Assembly: GCF_009914755.1 (NCBI RefSeq)
Contig: NC_060948.1
Origin: the human T2T-CHM13v2.0 reference genome, Homo sapiens
DNA length: 64,000 nucleotides
Strand: one strand, 5' to 3'
This document shows, piece by piece, positions 22,637-37,623 of the stretch (within the stretch, counting starts at the first letter, position 1; each line of letters starts with the position of its first letter). The notes beneath the pieces were generated by a model. It was not told where the DNA came from. It saw only the letters and a program-made list of their open reading frames with translations, and searched no databases. The translations under genes and the position numbers were made by a program.

Positions 22637-22939
22637 GGCCAGGCTTCGTGGCTCTTGTAATTTCTACATTTTGGGAGGCCGAGGTTGGTGGGTCACTTGA
22701 GGTCAGGAGTTGGAGACCAGCATGGGCAACATGGCAAAAAGCTGTCTCTACCAAAAATACAAAAATTAGCCAGACCTAGTGGCACTTTCCTGTGGTCCCA
22801 GCTACTTGGGAGGCTGAGGCAGGAGAACCACCTGAACATGGGTGGCAGAGATTGTATAGTAAGCCAAGATCAGACTACTGCACTCCAGCCTGGATGACAC
22901 AGCGAGACCATGAGTGAAAAAAGAAAAAAAATAAATAAA
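22637..22939 (+). mobile_element. Alu SINE, unit 2
   Basis: Copy of 2377-2669 with a longer A-tail. Confidence 0.92.
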
Positions 22940-22984
22940 GGCAACTCCACTCGTCCACTGGCTTAGGTAAAAAGTACTGGAGTT

Positions 22985-23266
22985 GGCTGGGCTCGGTGGC
23001 TCACACCTGTATTCCCAGCACTTTGGATTTTGGGAAGCTGAGTCGGGCGGGTCACCTGAGATCTGTAGTAGGAGAGCAGCCTGGCCAACATGGTGAAGCC
23101 TGGCTTCTACTAAAAATACAAAACATTAGCTGAGCGTGGTGATGCATGCTTGTAATCCCAGCTACTGCAGAGGCTGAACCTGGGAGGCGGAGGATGTGTT
23201 GAGCTGAGATCCTGCCACTGCGCTCCAGCCTGGTCTACAGAGCGAGAGTACCCTGTGAGAAACAAA
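22985..23266 (+). mobile_element. Alu SINE, unit 2
   Basis: Copy of 2715-2996. Confidence 0.92.
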
Positions 23267-23397
23267 GGTGAAGAGAACAAGAAAAAAAAAATGAGAAAAA
23301 TAAGACCCACTGCAAAAGGTTGCCACAGAAAAGATTAAACATTTCAGCAACTTCTATCTTCTGTCATGGAAGCCAAGGTTATTTGGACCAAACCTCC

Positions 23398-23750
23398 TGT
23401 CTTAGTTCATTTTCACGCTGCTGAAGAAGACATACCTGAAACTGGGAATAAAAGGAGGTTTAATTGGACTGACAGTTCCACATGGCTGTGGAGGCCTCAG
23501 AATCATGGTATACGAATAAAGGCACTTCTTACATGGCAATGCCAAGAGAGAATGAGGAAGAACCTGAGGCAGAAACCCCTGAAAAACCCATCAGATCCCG
23601 TGAGACTTCTTCACTGTCACAAGAATAGCATGAGAAAGACCGACCCCCATGATTCAATTACCTCCCCCTGGGTCCCACCCGCAACACGAGGGAATTCTGG
23701 GAGATACAATTGAAGCTGAGATTTGAATGGAGACACACCAAACCATGTCA
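23398..23750 (-). mobile_element. THE1-family solo LTR, unit 2
   Basis: Copy of 3127-3479. Confidence 0.9.
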
Positions 23751-26700
23751 CTTCCCAAACAATTAAAAATTCCCAATAGAAGAAGCATTAATTATATCAA
23801 AAAGTGGTGGACCAAGAAGGAACTATTAGCCTCATATCTCAAGAAAGACTCCAGTCAAGGCCTAGGGACTACTCATGAAAAGAGTTTAATAGCCGACTCT
23901 CTCCCAGTGGATCTGGATTCCACCGGACTGTATCTTCACAGTAAGGGTGAAACAGAAGCAAACCCATTCCTATTTCCAAGCTCAAGGAACTTTGGTCAAA
24001 GTTCTCTTGGAGCTGAGCAGAACAAGGAGGCAAACAGAAAAGATTTGTGTCCCTGAGAAGTCATGGCCACAGGCTGGCTATCACACAGATTGTCAAGCCA
24101 GTTCCATATTGCATGGGTATTACAGAAAATCTCAAAACATAAATTTGTGTGTGGGTTGTCCCAGAGTAGCAGGATCTGGCAGAAGGAAATTTCCTTCTAA
24201 CCCTCAAAGAATCCACATAAATCTTGTTACATTTGGGATTTTACGATTTGCTTCAGGAATGAGAATGGCCTTAATTTTCATATCTTTTTCTACACTCAGT
24301 TTATGGCTTGTTGGCGTCAAAGTTCTGCTTGCTTCACACAATGAGTTTAGGATTTTCCCTTTTTTATTCTATAGAATTCTTCATATATATTGAAATGCTC
24401 TGCCTGGGGAAAAAAATCTGAGCCTAGCGTTTTATCTCTAGGAAGAATCCTTTATTTCCTTGAACATTTATGAGACTATACAGATTATATATGTCTTCTT
24501 GTATCAATTTTACTAAGCTATATACATAGCTTATGTTTATATATTATATATATAAATGTAAGATACAAATATAAAAATTATGTATAAATATGAAAATATA
24601 TATAGAAAGCGATATATATGTCTATATATATAGACAGATTATAAATATCTGTCTATTTGATCTAAGTTTTCAAATTTGTAGGTTAAGGTGTTAATGATAT
24701 TTCCTTATTAGCTTCTTAATCTATGCTGTATCTATGGTTGTGTACCTTTTAAATTCTTAGTTTTATCTATGTTTTCTCCCTTTTTTTCTAAACTTGACTG
24801 ACGGTTGCATCATTTATTATATTTCTCCAACAAGCAAAGGTTAGCTTTGTATGTTTTACTAATTTTGTCTACATCATTATTCCCACACTTTAGTTTTTCA
24901 GAATTGATTCTGTTGTTTCTTTTCTAATTCTTTATTGAAATATCTAGTACATTAATTTTCAAGTTATTAGAGAAATATTTGTCTGTAAACTCCTATTGTA
25001 ATATCACTTTTCTTGCTACTCACAGATTTAATCTTCAATATTGGCGGTATCATTGAGTTCTAAGTACATTTCAATTCCTAGTATGATAATCTATGAATTG
25101 CTGAGAAATAGTGTTTACAATTTTGTTGTTCTATTTCCACTTAAGTTTATTTTTACTTCTGCTAACTCAATTGAAAATTCTTTACTAATTTTTAAAATCC
25201 TTGAACCCAAGAGATGGAGGTTGCAGTGAGCTGAGATCAGGCCACTGCATTCCAGACTGAGTGACAGAGTGGAACGAGATTTCAAAACAAAACAAAACAA
25301 AACAAAACAAAACAGTCACTGGAAAGATAATAAAATACATAAATGTGGGATGTAATATGTAATCGTGATAAAATAAACTGGATTTTTTGTATAAGTTATA
25401 CATATAAATGTAATGCCAAGACACTGATAAGACAACTCATGGTCTTATCTCAATACTTAGTGTCTTCATGTAACATATGTCCTTTAGGATAGTTATAGTC
25501 CGTTTTCTTTCCAGGAGAGACAGATGAGAATGCAGAAATGTTAAAGTGCAAGGGACGGAAGCTTCCAGCTGTGCCCACCTGTAACCTGACGTAGACAGTT
25601 CCACCGTTTGCTTCATTAATCATGCCAAAGGCTCTAATGCAAATGTGGTACAGAGTCACATGTTTTTGTATCTGCATGATAGAAACTATAACTTCATCCC
25701 TATATAGAAGGGTATATAGCATATGCCTCAGTGATAAATATAAGTGAATCATTGATCAGTAGGAAACCATTTTAAAAGTCTTTCATAACAGAACAAAATC
25801 CCTGAAAACATTTTCTTCTCAATCTCTGAGTTTTCTTACACGGCTTATGAATCTCTAGCCATACTAAAGAGATAGTATGCTGCTCTTCCCACAAATTATT
25901 CATTGTATATAATTCCTGTAATCTAATAACAGTACCTTTACACCTCAGGGTTTAAAATGACTCCAACCTTTTTCTGTTTCTCCAATTAAAATAACTTTTT
26001 TAAGGTTTAATCTTCAGTAATTTTTTGTAGTAATATTTTTGAAGGTATTTGACCAGGATGATTTGCTTATATACCTACCTGACGTCTCCCTTTCTTCTGA
26101 ATACATATTTTATTACCCACCTATTAGATCTAAGTTTAAGAAGTTGGAATAGGGATTTAAATCTAAATTCTACATTTGAATTTACAGGAGTCAGCGAGTC
26201 GGGGAAGTGCCTTTATGCACAGACCAATATCTGGCAATGGCACTAGGAGACAAATAAGCTTTACCAGTCTCAAAGCCCTGGCTACTACAGTGAATCCACC
26301 CTTCTCCTGGATCTTATCTACTTCAGCAAAAGAAGGCCACCCACTAAACCAGGCCCTTGTACTTTGGGTGGAAACTCCTAAGTCCTCTAGTCTCCTCAAA
26401 CAGACAGCCAGGCTGCCAATTTCCACAATAATAATTTCTATAGCACTGAGTCTTTGGTAGCCTTGTAACTATAGCTACTGATGCTACAGTCTGGTCCCTG
26501 TATGATAAAACACCAGAGCAACAGAAACAAAAATATTGACTGAAGCCTTCTAAAATCTCTCTAAATATACCTTCAATAAATATCGTTTTTTTTTACAGAA
26601 CGACTGCTTTCAGCTTCCTGAACTAACGCTTGGCCTTCGCTAGTTGTCACTGTTGAAATTGATTCAAAAGTGTACATTTAACATGAAAGTCAACACAGAA

Positions 26701-26973
26701 TTTCATGTGTCAGCAACTAAAATTTTCAAAATGTTGCAAAATACAAATGTGAAACTGTATTTGTGAAATTTACCATTCATTGAAATTATATTTTCATACC
26801 TACCCAGGCACAGAATTTTTTATAACTGTCTGCATGTTCTCCTCATGTGGGGGAAAAACAGCATCAGCAGGCAGAGGAATCCTTTGAAGCTGGAGGGAGA
26901 GGTTGCAGTGATCTGAGAGTTTGCCACTTGACTGCAGCCTGGATGACACAGTGAGACTCCAACTGAAAAGAAA

Positions 26974-27010
<37 letters not shown>

Positions 27011-27075
27011 CCAAAATTGATAAGTAAAAAAAAAATCCGTATTCGAAAACATGCTCACAGGCTAACTCCCATATC

Positions 27076-27126
<51 letters not shown>

Positions 27127-27542
27127 TCCTTGAAAACGAAAGTTCCACAAGGGCGAAACAAGAAAACAAATTTAACACCCCCCAAAGAAAGTACGAAGAG
27201 TAACCTCAAAAGAACCGCAGGGGAAAACAATTCAAAATTTACAAGTATCTACCCTAAAAGAAGCTGAAAGTCCCTCAAAAACTTTCCAGAGGCCATGTCC
27301 TTGTATTACAAAAATGATCATAAAAACTGGCAGGAGTAGACGAATAGAAATGCATCTTAAAACTTGCTGAACACTTCAAGTCTCCCATAAGAATTGTAAT
27401 GGAAAATGGATCAGTCGGCAGTTTTTTCCATACAATTATGAACAAATTATATTTCTTCATACATAGATTTGTTTTTTCAATATTCTAAGGAATTAACTTT
27501 TATATTAATAGTAGGTGATGTAAGAAAGCAGGCCTTTATCAA

Positions 27543-30428
27543 GATAACTGACACTGGATGTCCATACCATTACTCAGGTGGGCCTTAATTCCCAGCCAGG
27601 TTCCCTCCCTGGACACACACTGAAGGTCCCCAGCCATTTGGCAATCTCTTCACATTCCCAGCCCTGGAGGTAGCCCTAAAATACATGTACCTGAAGAAAA
27701 TAAAACATTGCCTCACACTGGAGCCCAGTGTGGTCCTCCAGATTCCGTGTGAGGTGGACTAACTTATATGGGAAGGCAGGGCAGCGGGAGTGAGGATGGC
27801 AGAGAGGATTACACATGTCAAGGCAGCCGGGGTCATGGAAACAAAACATGACTGGCCTGGGAGAAACACTGTGAAAGGACACAGACCTAGGTGGGCCTCA
27901 GGTGGACATCCTCATGGAGAAAAAGGGGGCCCTGGTTGATCTCAAAATGAGCCCCAGGTGGTAGCAGGTCTTACCGCAGGGCAGGGAGCTGGCGAGTAAT
28001 GATGAGACAGCTATCCCTTAAGCCCTGCTTGTCACCCACTGACTTTAGCCACATATGCATCATAGTGGCTTAAGGTGCCCCGATCCTGAAATGTGGGTGT
28101 TACATGTCCCTGATGGGCCTCTCTCCCCCAACCCACGGATTGCCTGGGATTGCTCACTGCAGTCTCCTCCCGGATCCTTGGGTTCTCCATGTGGGGCCCA
28201 GATCCAGGTCAAAAGGCCTCTCAGTTCCCAGCCCTTCCCAGCCCTAGGCTGCTCGCCTGGCCTCCTCTCTGTTCCGCCTCTAGGGCTGACCCTCTCTCCA
28301 TGGGATAGAACTGCAATGGATTGAGCCATAGGCCCTGGCTGATGATCTAGGGGACTGCAGAAGTGGGTCCAGGACAGTTCAGGTGACAGTTCAAAGCCAA
28401 TTCCCCAGAGACCAAGGAATGACCAGCTAGGTCCTTTCCCATGATGCCCCATGGCGAACCCCACCTCAGCAATCCTGCCAAAACCCGGGCAGTCATGTTC
28501 AGCCAAACAGCTGAATGAGCTCAGGTAGGAGGTGTACTGCCTGCAGCTGGAGGCTTGACCTTCGTGATCCCAGAACCGCTGGACTGCAGTGGAATGAGAC
28601 ACCCTGTAGCCTGCAGGGAGAGGAGTCAGGAAGGTTCATGCCAGTCCCACCCTCCCACACACCAGCTCCCCTACCATGCTGGGAGGCATTCCTTACCGAG
28701 GATGCCAACACAGTGCTCCTTCATGATGATTTCACTGTGGAAATAAAGGTTGGGATGAAAGGAAATCATCCTGCCACCGGTAACCGGGATGGCTGAGTTC
28801 CTCCACCTGCCGGATCAAGGAGAAAGAGGATGGATTCAATGGGACCATCTCAACTAGCCGGGCTGAGGTGGCCTACTAGCTGTAGTGAACCATGAGTTTC
28901 CCCTTCCCAGCTCTCCCACTGAGACAACCCTGGTCCCCAGGGGGACCTCAAACTGACTCAGACACTGGACTCCTCCCACAGACCCAGGCTCCCCAGCCTG
29001 ACCTGCAAATCCATCACGTAGCAAAGCAGGACTTCCGCATGCTTTCCGACCCACGCCGACATCTCGTGTGCCAAACAATCTACCTCTGCGCAAGAACTCT
29101 CCAGAGGATTGGGTGGGCAAGCCTCGTGACGCCTTGCAATTTCGCAAGAACACAGACAATGTGGAACAGGGCCATCTCCCAGACATTTGGCCAGTCACCC
29201 TTCATTGTTGGCCCTCTATCTCTGTCTGGCGAGGAGGCAACGCCACAACTGTGGTGGTTTTTGGAGTGGGTGGACCCCGGCCAAGACGGCCTGGGCTGAC
29301 CAGAGACGGGAGGCAGAAAAAGTGGGCAGGTGGTTGCAGCTGAGGGACGGGAGGGACCGGGGGTGGTGTGAGGCGGCTGCTTCTCTGAGTTTCTGAGATG
29401 CAGGAGGCCTTTGTGTGCTGGGTGCTGGACATGCTCCGCTGATGTCCGGGTGTGTGGTGTCCTCTTATCCTAGTCTCCCTGAGGGGTGGGCCTGTCCACC
29501 TGAGGGAAGCCTTGTAGTTAGAAGCCACAGCAGGGTCGTGCCTGGCGCTCTCCAAGGGAATTGCGTGGGTCCAGAGGAAGTTATACAGGCTCAGGGCCTA
29601 CACGCCTTTGAGTGCAGCGCCTGCAGTTGGATGAATGCGCATCTGCGGAGCTGGTGCCCGCCGTCAGGTGGTCGGCAGCCCCATGCGCCGCGAACCCGTC
29701 TTAAGCACCTTGTGTTTCTGGGGTGAGCCTGCTGGAAACAGGCACCGAGAGCAGGGGTGGTTCAATGGCTGGTAATGGCATACAGATTCCCCGTCCTCCA
29801 GGGACGTTCCCAGGGAAACGCGTCCTTCGAATTTGGGCTGTGCGCAAAGGGACCTTGGCGCCGCGATTCTCCCTTGTCAGTGCTGGCCCTGGCTCCCCTT
29901 CCCTACCACGTGCTCCCAGGGCTGCTACAAGCGAGCTGCCCTCACAGCTGCGGGAACGTGGCCTCGGCTCCCACGCTGTCCCCCATCCCCTGCCTCCTGG
30001 CTGACCCCACGTGCCTCCCACCTGGCTCCTCCCCCCAAACAGCCCCCATACCCCCCGAGGCCCGATGACTATCCCCTGCTGCCCGCCATCCCAAATCGGC
30101 AGCCGCAAGGATATGGCTCTGGCTCACAAGGCGGAGATGCTCTGTGGCCTGGGGCATTCACGGAGCCCAGCTCCAAGTGAAGGACCTCCAGTGAGTCCAT
30201 TGACGGCCCCGGTGTGCTCGGTCCAGGGCCAGGCTGTGCCCGCTGGCCCTCCTTCTGCCACCCCACGTCGGGCTCCACCTCAACCACCACCTCCACCTCA
30301 GCCATGATGTCTTCCACCTTCAGCACCGCCTCCTCTTCCAAGGCCGCCTCCTTGCTCTGTACCCCGGCCGTCCTCTCCAGCATTGCCTCCAGCCTGAACA
30401 CGGTTTTCTCCTGGGTGCTCCCACAGAC
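27543..30428 (-). pseudogene. FAM197Y: Degenerate TSPY-family paralog A (probably FAM197Y), unit 2
   Basis: Copy of 7265-10150 at offset +20278; ORFs 28060-28602 and 30069-30833 carry the same TSPY-like peptides. Confidence 0.8.
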
Positions 30429-31463
30429 CCTGGGCCTGCGCAGCCCAGCCCAGCCCAGCCCATGCCCCGCACCCGTAGGCTCTGGGGGCCCGCTCCCCAG
30501 CAGACCCGCTCCCTGCAAGACCCACGGGCGTCGCCCTGCTGTGAACCTGGTCCCACACCTACGTGGACCCAGGTTTCCTGAGGAGCTCCGCTGGACCCGC
30601 AGATCCCGCACTGGCCAAAGGGCTCCGGTCCCCAGCAGGCTCAACTGCGCACAGGAGCTCGGGAGCCAGAGGCCCCGGCCCTGGGCTTGCAGAGCCCCAC
30701 CAACAGGCACCGCAACCGCTGCTGCGGGTGCGGGAGCCTCTGGGTCGTCAAGGCAGCGCACAACAGCGTGCGTGCAGGCCGACAATGGCCAACCCTGGCG
30801 GCTGGCCTCTGGTGTGCCCAGGGCATAGGACAAGAGGCCCTTTGGAATGCTCCTTGGAGTACAGCATCCTCAGGGAGGAAGCATGGTACTCGGAGCCTCT
30901 ATTTGCCTCGACCTGTGAGAGTGTGTGCCGGGGCTCTGGCCTCTACAGCAGATCAATTCCACCTCAGCACCGGCAGGCGACTTTCCTCCCACGTGCCCGC
31001 CCCGATCACTTCCCCCAGGACACCCCTGCCGCCCTAGCCCCAGCAACCAGAGAGAGTTCTCTGCATCTGCTGTATTACCTCCGTACCATCTACCTGGCCT
31101 GCCTAACGAAGAGAGATGTTTCCTGTGTTCATGACACATAGAGATGTTCATGGCTTGCCACACTGAGGATGTCAGGGCACAGGGCTGCCATGCCCACAGT
31201 TCCAAAGGCCACGCAGCCCGCGTGTGCCCGGATGCCTAGCTACCCGGCACAAGCTCCAAGGGCTTCTCGGAGGAGGCTTGGGCAGGGAAGGCGGGGGGTG
31301 GGGGGGCTGGAGATGCAGGCCCGCCAGTGGCTGTGCCGCCCAGGGAGACGCCCACCGCCCTCCCATTGACTGGCCACGACGGGAGGAAGTCGGCCTGGGT
31401 GCGGCCCCCCGGCCCTTCGCGCGCAGTCCCTTAGGGGGCGCCTGGAAGCCCGGCGCATGCGCC
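30428..31463. promoter_or_regulatory. TSPY promoter region, unit 2
   Basis: Copy of 10150-11185. Confidence 0.7.
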
Positions 31464-34019
31464 CTGAGGGCTCGCTGACCTACCGGGTGCCAGAGAGGCT
31501 GCGGCAGGGTTTCTGTGGCGTGGGTCGGGCAGCACAGGCCTTGGTGTGTGCGAGTGCCAAGGAGGGCACCGCCTTCAGGATGGAGGCTGTACAGGAGGGG
31601 GCGGCCGGGGTGGAGAGTGAGCAGGCGGCTTTGGGGGAGGAGGCGGTGCTGCTGTTGGATGACATAATGGCGGAGGTGGAGGTGGTGGCGGAGGAGGAGG
31701 GCCTCGTGGAGCGGCGGGAGGAGGCCCAGCGGGCACAGCAGGCTGTGCCTGGCCCTGGGCCCATGACCCCAGAGTCTGCACTGGAGGAGCTGCTGGCCGT
31801 TCAGGTGGAGCTGGAGCCGGTTAATGCCCAAGCCAGGAAGGCCTTTTCTCGGCAGCGGGAAAAGATGGAGCGGAGGCGCAAGCCCCACCTAGACCGCAGA
31901 GGCGCCGTCATCCAGAGCGTCCCTGGCTTCTGGGCCAATGTTGTATCCTTCTCAGTGTTTCTTCGGCCTTTCTAGTGGAGAGGTGCTCTCGGGGAAGTGT
32001 AAGTGACCGATGGGCAGCTCGGCGTCGATGTGACTCTTTGGGGAACAAAGGGGAGTTGCCACGGACCAGTGTGGCTGTGGAAAGCCGGAGCAGGCGTGGG
32101 TACTATTGTCCTGCATGCGGCAGAGAAACCCTTGGTGATGCCGAGCAGCAGACGTTTGGGGCATCTTTTTGAAGAGCAGAAGCGAGTTCAGAGCGGAAGA
32201 GGTTTTTCAGTGAATGAAGCTATTTTTAAGGGAGTGTGATTGCTGCCCCTTGCTAGTCCGATCTGGGACTGGGCGTCTTCGGCTATAAGCAGATTCTGCC
32301 ACTCCTCAGACACCAGCAAGTCTCTGCAAATCGCGCCTCCCCATGTCAGTGCAGTCAGCCTCAGAATCATACACCCTCTGTGAACACAGGAGGCCTTAGT
32401 TTACGGGGAGGGGGAGGCGAAAGGAGATCATACATGGAAGCAGATCTGAGAAATCCCCTACCCCAGCCTCTGGGTGCTCTTAGGCCTTCTTCCCTGTTGC
32501 TCCTCGCTTTCCCTTCCATCGTGTGTAAAGTCTCTTTGACCTAAATCAGATTGCAAACCACCCCCAGATGTCAGCCCTGATCACTGACGAAGATGAAGAC
32601 ATGCTGAGCTACATGGTCAGCCTGGAGGTGAGGCCAGGAAGACTGGGGCTAGAGGGTTTAGCGGGGGAGGGTAAGGGAAATAATTCATTCCTGTAAGCAA
32701 GAGTGAGCACCTCACCCGAAAACCTATCTAAGCTTTCTCCACCTTGTCCTGACAGGTGGAAGAAGAGAAGCATCCTGTTCATCTCTGCAAGATCATGTTG
32801 TTCTTTCGGAGTAACCCCTACTTCCAGAATAAAGTGATTACCAAGGAATATCTGGTGAACATCACAGGTGACAGGTGGCTCCCAGGATGGGTAGTGGAAG
32901 GAAGATGGTGGGTGGATCATTGCCAACGGGATCCAGCCCCCTTCCCACAAAAACTCCTGTCTCTGTAGAATACAGGGCTTCTCATTCCACTCCAATTGAG
33001 TGGTATCCGGATTATGAAGTGGAGGCCTATCGCCGCAGACACCACAACAGCAGCCTTAACTTCTTCAACTGGTTCTCTGACCACAACTTCGCAGGATCTA
33101 ACAAGATTGCTGAGGTGAGTCCTCACTGGGAAACATGAGGAATGACCCCGTGTGTTCCCAGCTGCTTGGGTCACCTTTCTGAGCCCTGATGAGGCCTTTC
33201 CCGATTGAGTCCCCTGACAGATCCTATGTAAGGACCTGTGGCGCAATCCCCTGCAATACTACAAGAGGATGAAGCCACCTGAAGAGGGAACAGAGACGTC
33301 AGGTGAGCCGTTAGTTGGCACTGGAGCTGTTTGATGCCCAGTATAAGGGGGTTGACACACCTGCCTATTCAGGGAGCCTGGGTGCTCATTTCAGAAATGT
33401 AGAAATTGAGGCTCCTTTCGTACATGTAGAAATTCCTTGAGAGGAAGACAGAGAGTGACAGAATCCAGGACGTTCATGGCATTGGGCTGAAAAGGCACGT
33501 TAGAGACTGCACTGCAAAGCGGGTGATAGCTGTGGAGTCTTAAGCCCAGTGAAGAATCGTCCATTTCCAGAATCAATGAGAAGTAAAGCTGAAAATCATT
33601 CAGTTCAGTCTGTGGCACTTGATTCCACGGCTGTCAACCCCACCGGCAGTCATCCCACCAACCCCATGAGATTGGGCTCCCTGAATGTGCGTCCTGGTCA
33701 TCCTTGCCCCAAACCACAAAGGACTGTTTAGATTGATGGATTTCCTTAAGCTGTTGCCCCATCAGACTTGTGTGTGCTTTTAGGGCCCAGTGCATCTTGT
33801 TAGCTGACTCCCCTCACAGACAATACTGGGAATGGGGCAGGGATTGCGCAGAACAGTTTGTAACACGTGGTAGGAGGAAGTTTAAGGGATCACAAATGGG
33901 GAAGGGATATCCTTTTCTCAGCGGGCCCCACAATTGAAACATTTCAAAGTATGGCTCAGAGAAAATGCGTTTTAACATGAGTTTGTGTTTCTCTAGGGGA
34001 CTCCCAGTTGTTGAGTTGA
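31457..34019 (+). CDS. TSPY1: Testis-specific Y-encoded protein (TSPY array copy), 308 aa, 6 coding exons
   Basis: Exons 31457-31942, 32550-32627, 32756-32867, 32969-33114, 33221-33302, 33997-34019. Same protein as copy 1; one synonymous Ala difference seen (GCC here, GCG at 12747-12749). Paralog number not assignable. Confidence 0.96.
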
Positions 34020-36930
34020 ATATGATGGAGCATCAGATTTTACCTAATACAGCAGAACTCCTAAAAAGTTACAGCCATATGCAGGACGGCAGTACTCAGC
34101 ATGGTCTTATGCACAGGAACTAAAGGAAAAAGAGATCGAGTCACAAAAATTCAGGAAGAGGGGGTAAATGTGGATTGTATGGAATGAAAAATAAACATTC
34201 TCAAGGATGTGTGACTCTGTGTCTGTGTGTGTGTGTGTGTGTCTTTGAGTTTGTGTGTGTGTGTGTGTGTGTATGTTTATCCACTTTATTCGGGTGTCAT
34301 AATGAATTGATCAATCCACGTGCTTTATTCTCTTCATGGAAATAACCAGTCTGCGTTGGAGCTGGGCCTCTAAAGTTGTAGAGTGAATGGGTGTGGGATG
34401 TGTTGGGATTCTTCCTACAGGACAGAGTGGGAGAGGTAAAAGCAAAAGACAGCTTAGTTGGAGGCTGACTTCGTCCTGTGGAAGCAGAGATAGTTCAAGG
34501 AAAGGGGTTACTGGGTTTCCAGGGCCCAGTTTGCTGGGACCTCCAAAATCCTTCATTTTGGGTATCATCATACACAGTAGCTAAGCACAGGATGATGGAA
34601 ATCTTAAAGTTCGCTTTCGTGTTGAATCCACATGTTCTTTTAAAGGTGAATGCATGATCCTTTTCTGGGACAATCAGCCTCTCAGGACTTCTGAAACATC
34701 AACGTGAGAAGAAATGGGCATGTAAGGTGTATGGAGGGACTGTGGGAAAGGTGACAGAGGCATGTGGGAAGGCATTCAGGATACGCTTTTGGCATAGATG
34801 ACTAAGGGAAAACAGAAACTTACAGAAGTGAGGGGAAAGGGGGTGGATTAGTGGAATATAAGATTGTTGGAGAATCCATCCATGGACTCTCTTGTCACTT
34901 GATGACCCAGGATATGGACACTCTTGTTGATGTTTACATCTTTAGTTGTTTTAAGCTTTTCTCCAAGATTCTGTGTTAGGTGAGGAGCCAATAACGTATG
35001 TAGCTAACAACAGTACGAGTGCATTTTGTGCTCTTGCAAAGTCTAGTGAGGCTCTATTCTCCCTCGTGATTGGCACTGCAGATTGTATCTGGAGCCCAGG
35101 GCCCCTAAATTTTCTGTGGCCTCTTCAGCATAGTTTGCCTAAGGTTTAGAACGTAAAGCGAATATAGTTGCGGAATATGTTTTGCAAGCCTCACACAGGA
35201 GGACAAAACATACAGCTTTCATTCGCGAGTGGGAGGCTGCTTCCCAGGAACACGTGTGTCTGCACAAGACAAGGGGTTGCCTCTGTCAAGGATGGGGCAG
35301 GAGGATTTCAGTGTCGGAGGCAGAACTTTCTTTCCTGTTCCCAGATGAAACAGTTCCAACACGAGCATCCATGTTGACCACACGCTACTAGAGTGCTAAC
35401 ATTGCTGTCCCGTATAGACTCTGGTCAGCACAGCTTCTGTGAGAAGAGCTATGTTGTTTCAGGGAAGAGGGTTTGACAGTCAAAGTTCCTGAATCTGTTG
35501 TGGTGCCTGCAATATGCATTCTACCCCTCCTGCTCGGTGTCAAAGCAGTTGAGCTTTGAAAATCTATCGCCCGGTTTTGTCCCTGCTCCTATGCAGACCT
35601 CTGAAGCTCTGGAGCGGGAGTCTTGTCCTCCTCTGACTACCGTCCCCCTGACCCACAAACACAGGAGAAACAGGTGTTCTAAGCAAATTATTCTGAAAAC
35701 AGTCGGAACCCTTTGGCCCCCTCAAGCTGCCCTGTATCCTACTGTGTGCATGTCAAAGACACTGTGGTCCAGTACGGTATCCCTATAGCGGCAATGGGGC
35801 AACAGATTGGTGTGTGCACTCTGGGCAACTCAGATTAGGAAACGTCTGGGGACTTGCCTATAACGAGGTCGTCTTAAAACGTGTTGCCCCAAATTTAAGG
35901 CATAGGAAAATGTTGAGGAAAGGGTCTTGCAATGATTTTTCTAGGAGGTAAATAGATAAGAAAATGACCGTAAATAGATGCCAGGGCTAGTTTTGGAGCT
36001 AGCCTGTTTTAAAGTGGTGGTAGGGGAGGAGCTTTTTCCAAGGCAGGTAGCAAACCAGGAACTGTCTACGATGGATGGGCGTGCCACGGGTTGGTGGCTC
36101 AGCCATATTGCCACCCCACCGAGTGAATGCAGCAGACTGGGCTTCTTCCTTGAATCCTACGTGCAATTCAGTCTAGTGATTTCACATGAGATCCCTTCTT
36201 CTGGTATTATCACAGATCGTGCTGAATTATACAGGCTGTGTAATGCTTCTTCCACTGAATATCCGTGCACGTGGGCCACAGATGCTAAGGGCACTGACAA
36301 ATTTGCACCGTGCCTCAGTAACTCGGAAGCACATCTGTGATTTGTACCGACAGGGACTTGGTGTCTTTTCGTGTTTAAAGTAGCACGTGTGTGTTTGTGG
36401 TTGCGTATGTTTATTTCTCTGTGCGGGTTTGTATATTTTCTCTGACTCCACCTGTGTCTCCGTGGTTCCGATATTTTTCCACACTCCCTGCGACAATTTG
36501 CACATGCCTATCTCTACAACCATTGTAGACTTTGTATCTGTGTCTTTGAACATCTGTCACTCTCTCTCCCTTCCTTTTTTCTTTTCCTTCCTTTACACCC
36601 CTTTCATCCTTCCCTTGCTTCCCCACCACACTCTCTCCATCTGTATCGTCTATGTTTCTATTCTCTATCTGGGTTTACTTTCTAATTCTGAATTCAAGGG
36701 CATTGAATTGAAAAGAAGCACTCTTCGTACTTTTATGTGTTTTAACTCATTTGGGGAATTTGGCGTGGTATTATTTACAGGGTTCTCTCTGCCCTTTCTC
36801 ATTGTTCTCCCCAGCCGGGGCTGTTATTATGTGAAAGCTGGTTTCCTTCATCACATCGCGTAGGCTCTAATGATGTTTCGTTTATTTTGATTCTCCTCAC
36901 ACTACATAGTTTTAATTTACCTAATGTGAC

Positions 36931-37238
36931 TGTTTTTTTGTTTGTTTTCCGAGAATGGGTCTTACTCTGTCTTCTAGGTTGGACAGCAGCCCCACGATCT
37001 CAGCCCACTGCAGCCCAGGCACCACACACCCATGTGATCCTGTCAACTCAGACTCTCACACACCTGGCAGTACAGGTGCATGCCACCCCTCCAAGCTATG
37101 TATTAATTAACTAAATACTTACTTTTTGAATGTGGGTCCATGTTGCCCCAGGCTCATCTGGAACTCCTGAGTGCAGGCAATCCTCCCACCTCAGCTTATC
37201 AAAGTGCTGGGATGACAGGTGTGACCCATGGCCCTGCC
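36931..37238 (-). mobile_element. Old Alu (AluJ-like), unit 2
   Basis: Copy of 16653-16960. Confidence 0.85.
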
Positions 37239-37623
37239 ATGGCTTTGTGTTTTTTGCTTTTTTCTTCCTCCTCCTCACGTCTTGTTTTGAAACATGCACT
37301 GAAGGTTTCAATTCATGGACTATAGTCTCTGTGCCTGGAATTTCTATCTTTCAACTCATCATCAGCATTCATTGGGATTTTCATATATATATACACCTAT
37401 ATAAGAATACCTATGTACACACATATATACGTATATACATGTATATACGTATATATGCACATTTATATACGTATATACATGTATATACGTATATATATAC
37501 ATGTACACATATGTATTTATTTCTCAAGTTACGAAACGGCTTGCATTCTTTCCTGTGTCATGAAAAAGACTTTGCTAGAAAAGAAAAGCACTGCTTTATA
37601 ATAAAATATTTTATTTGCATTTA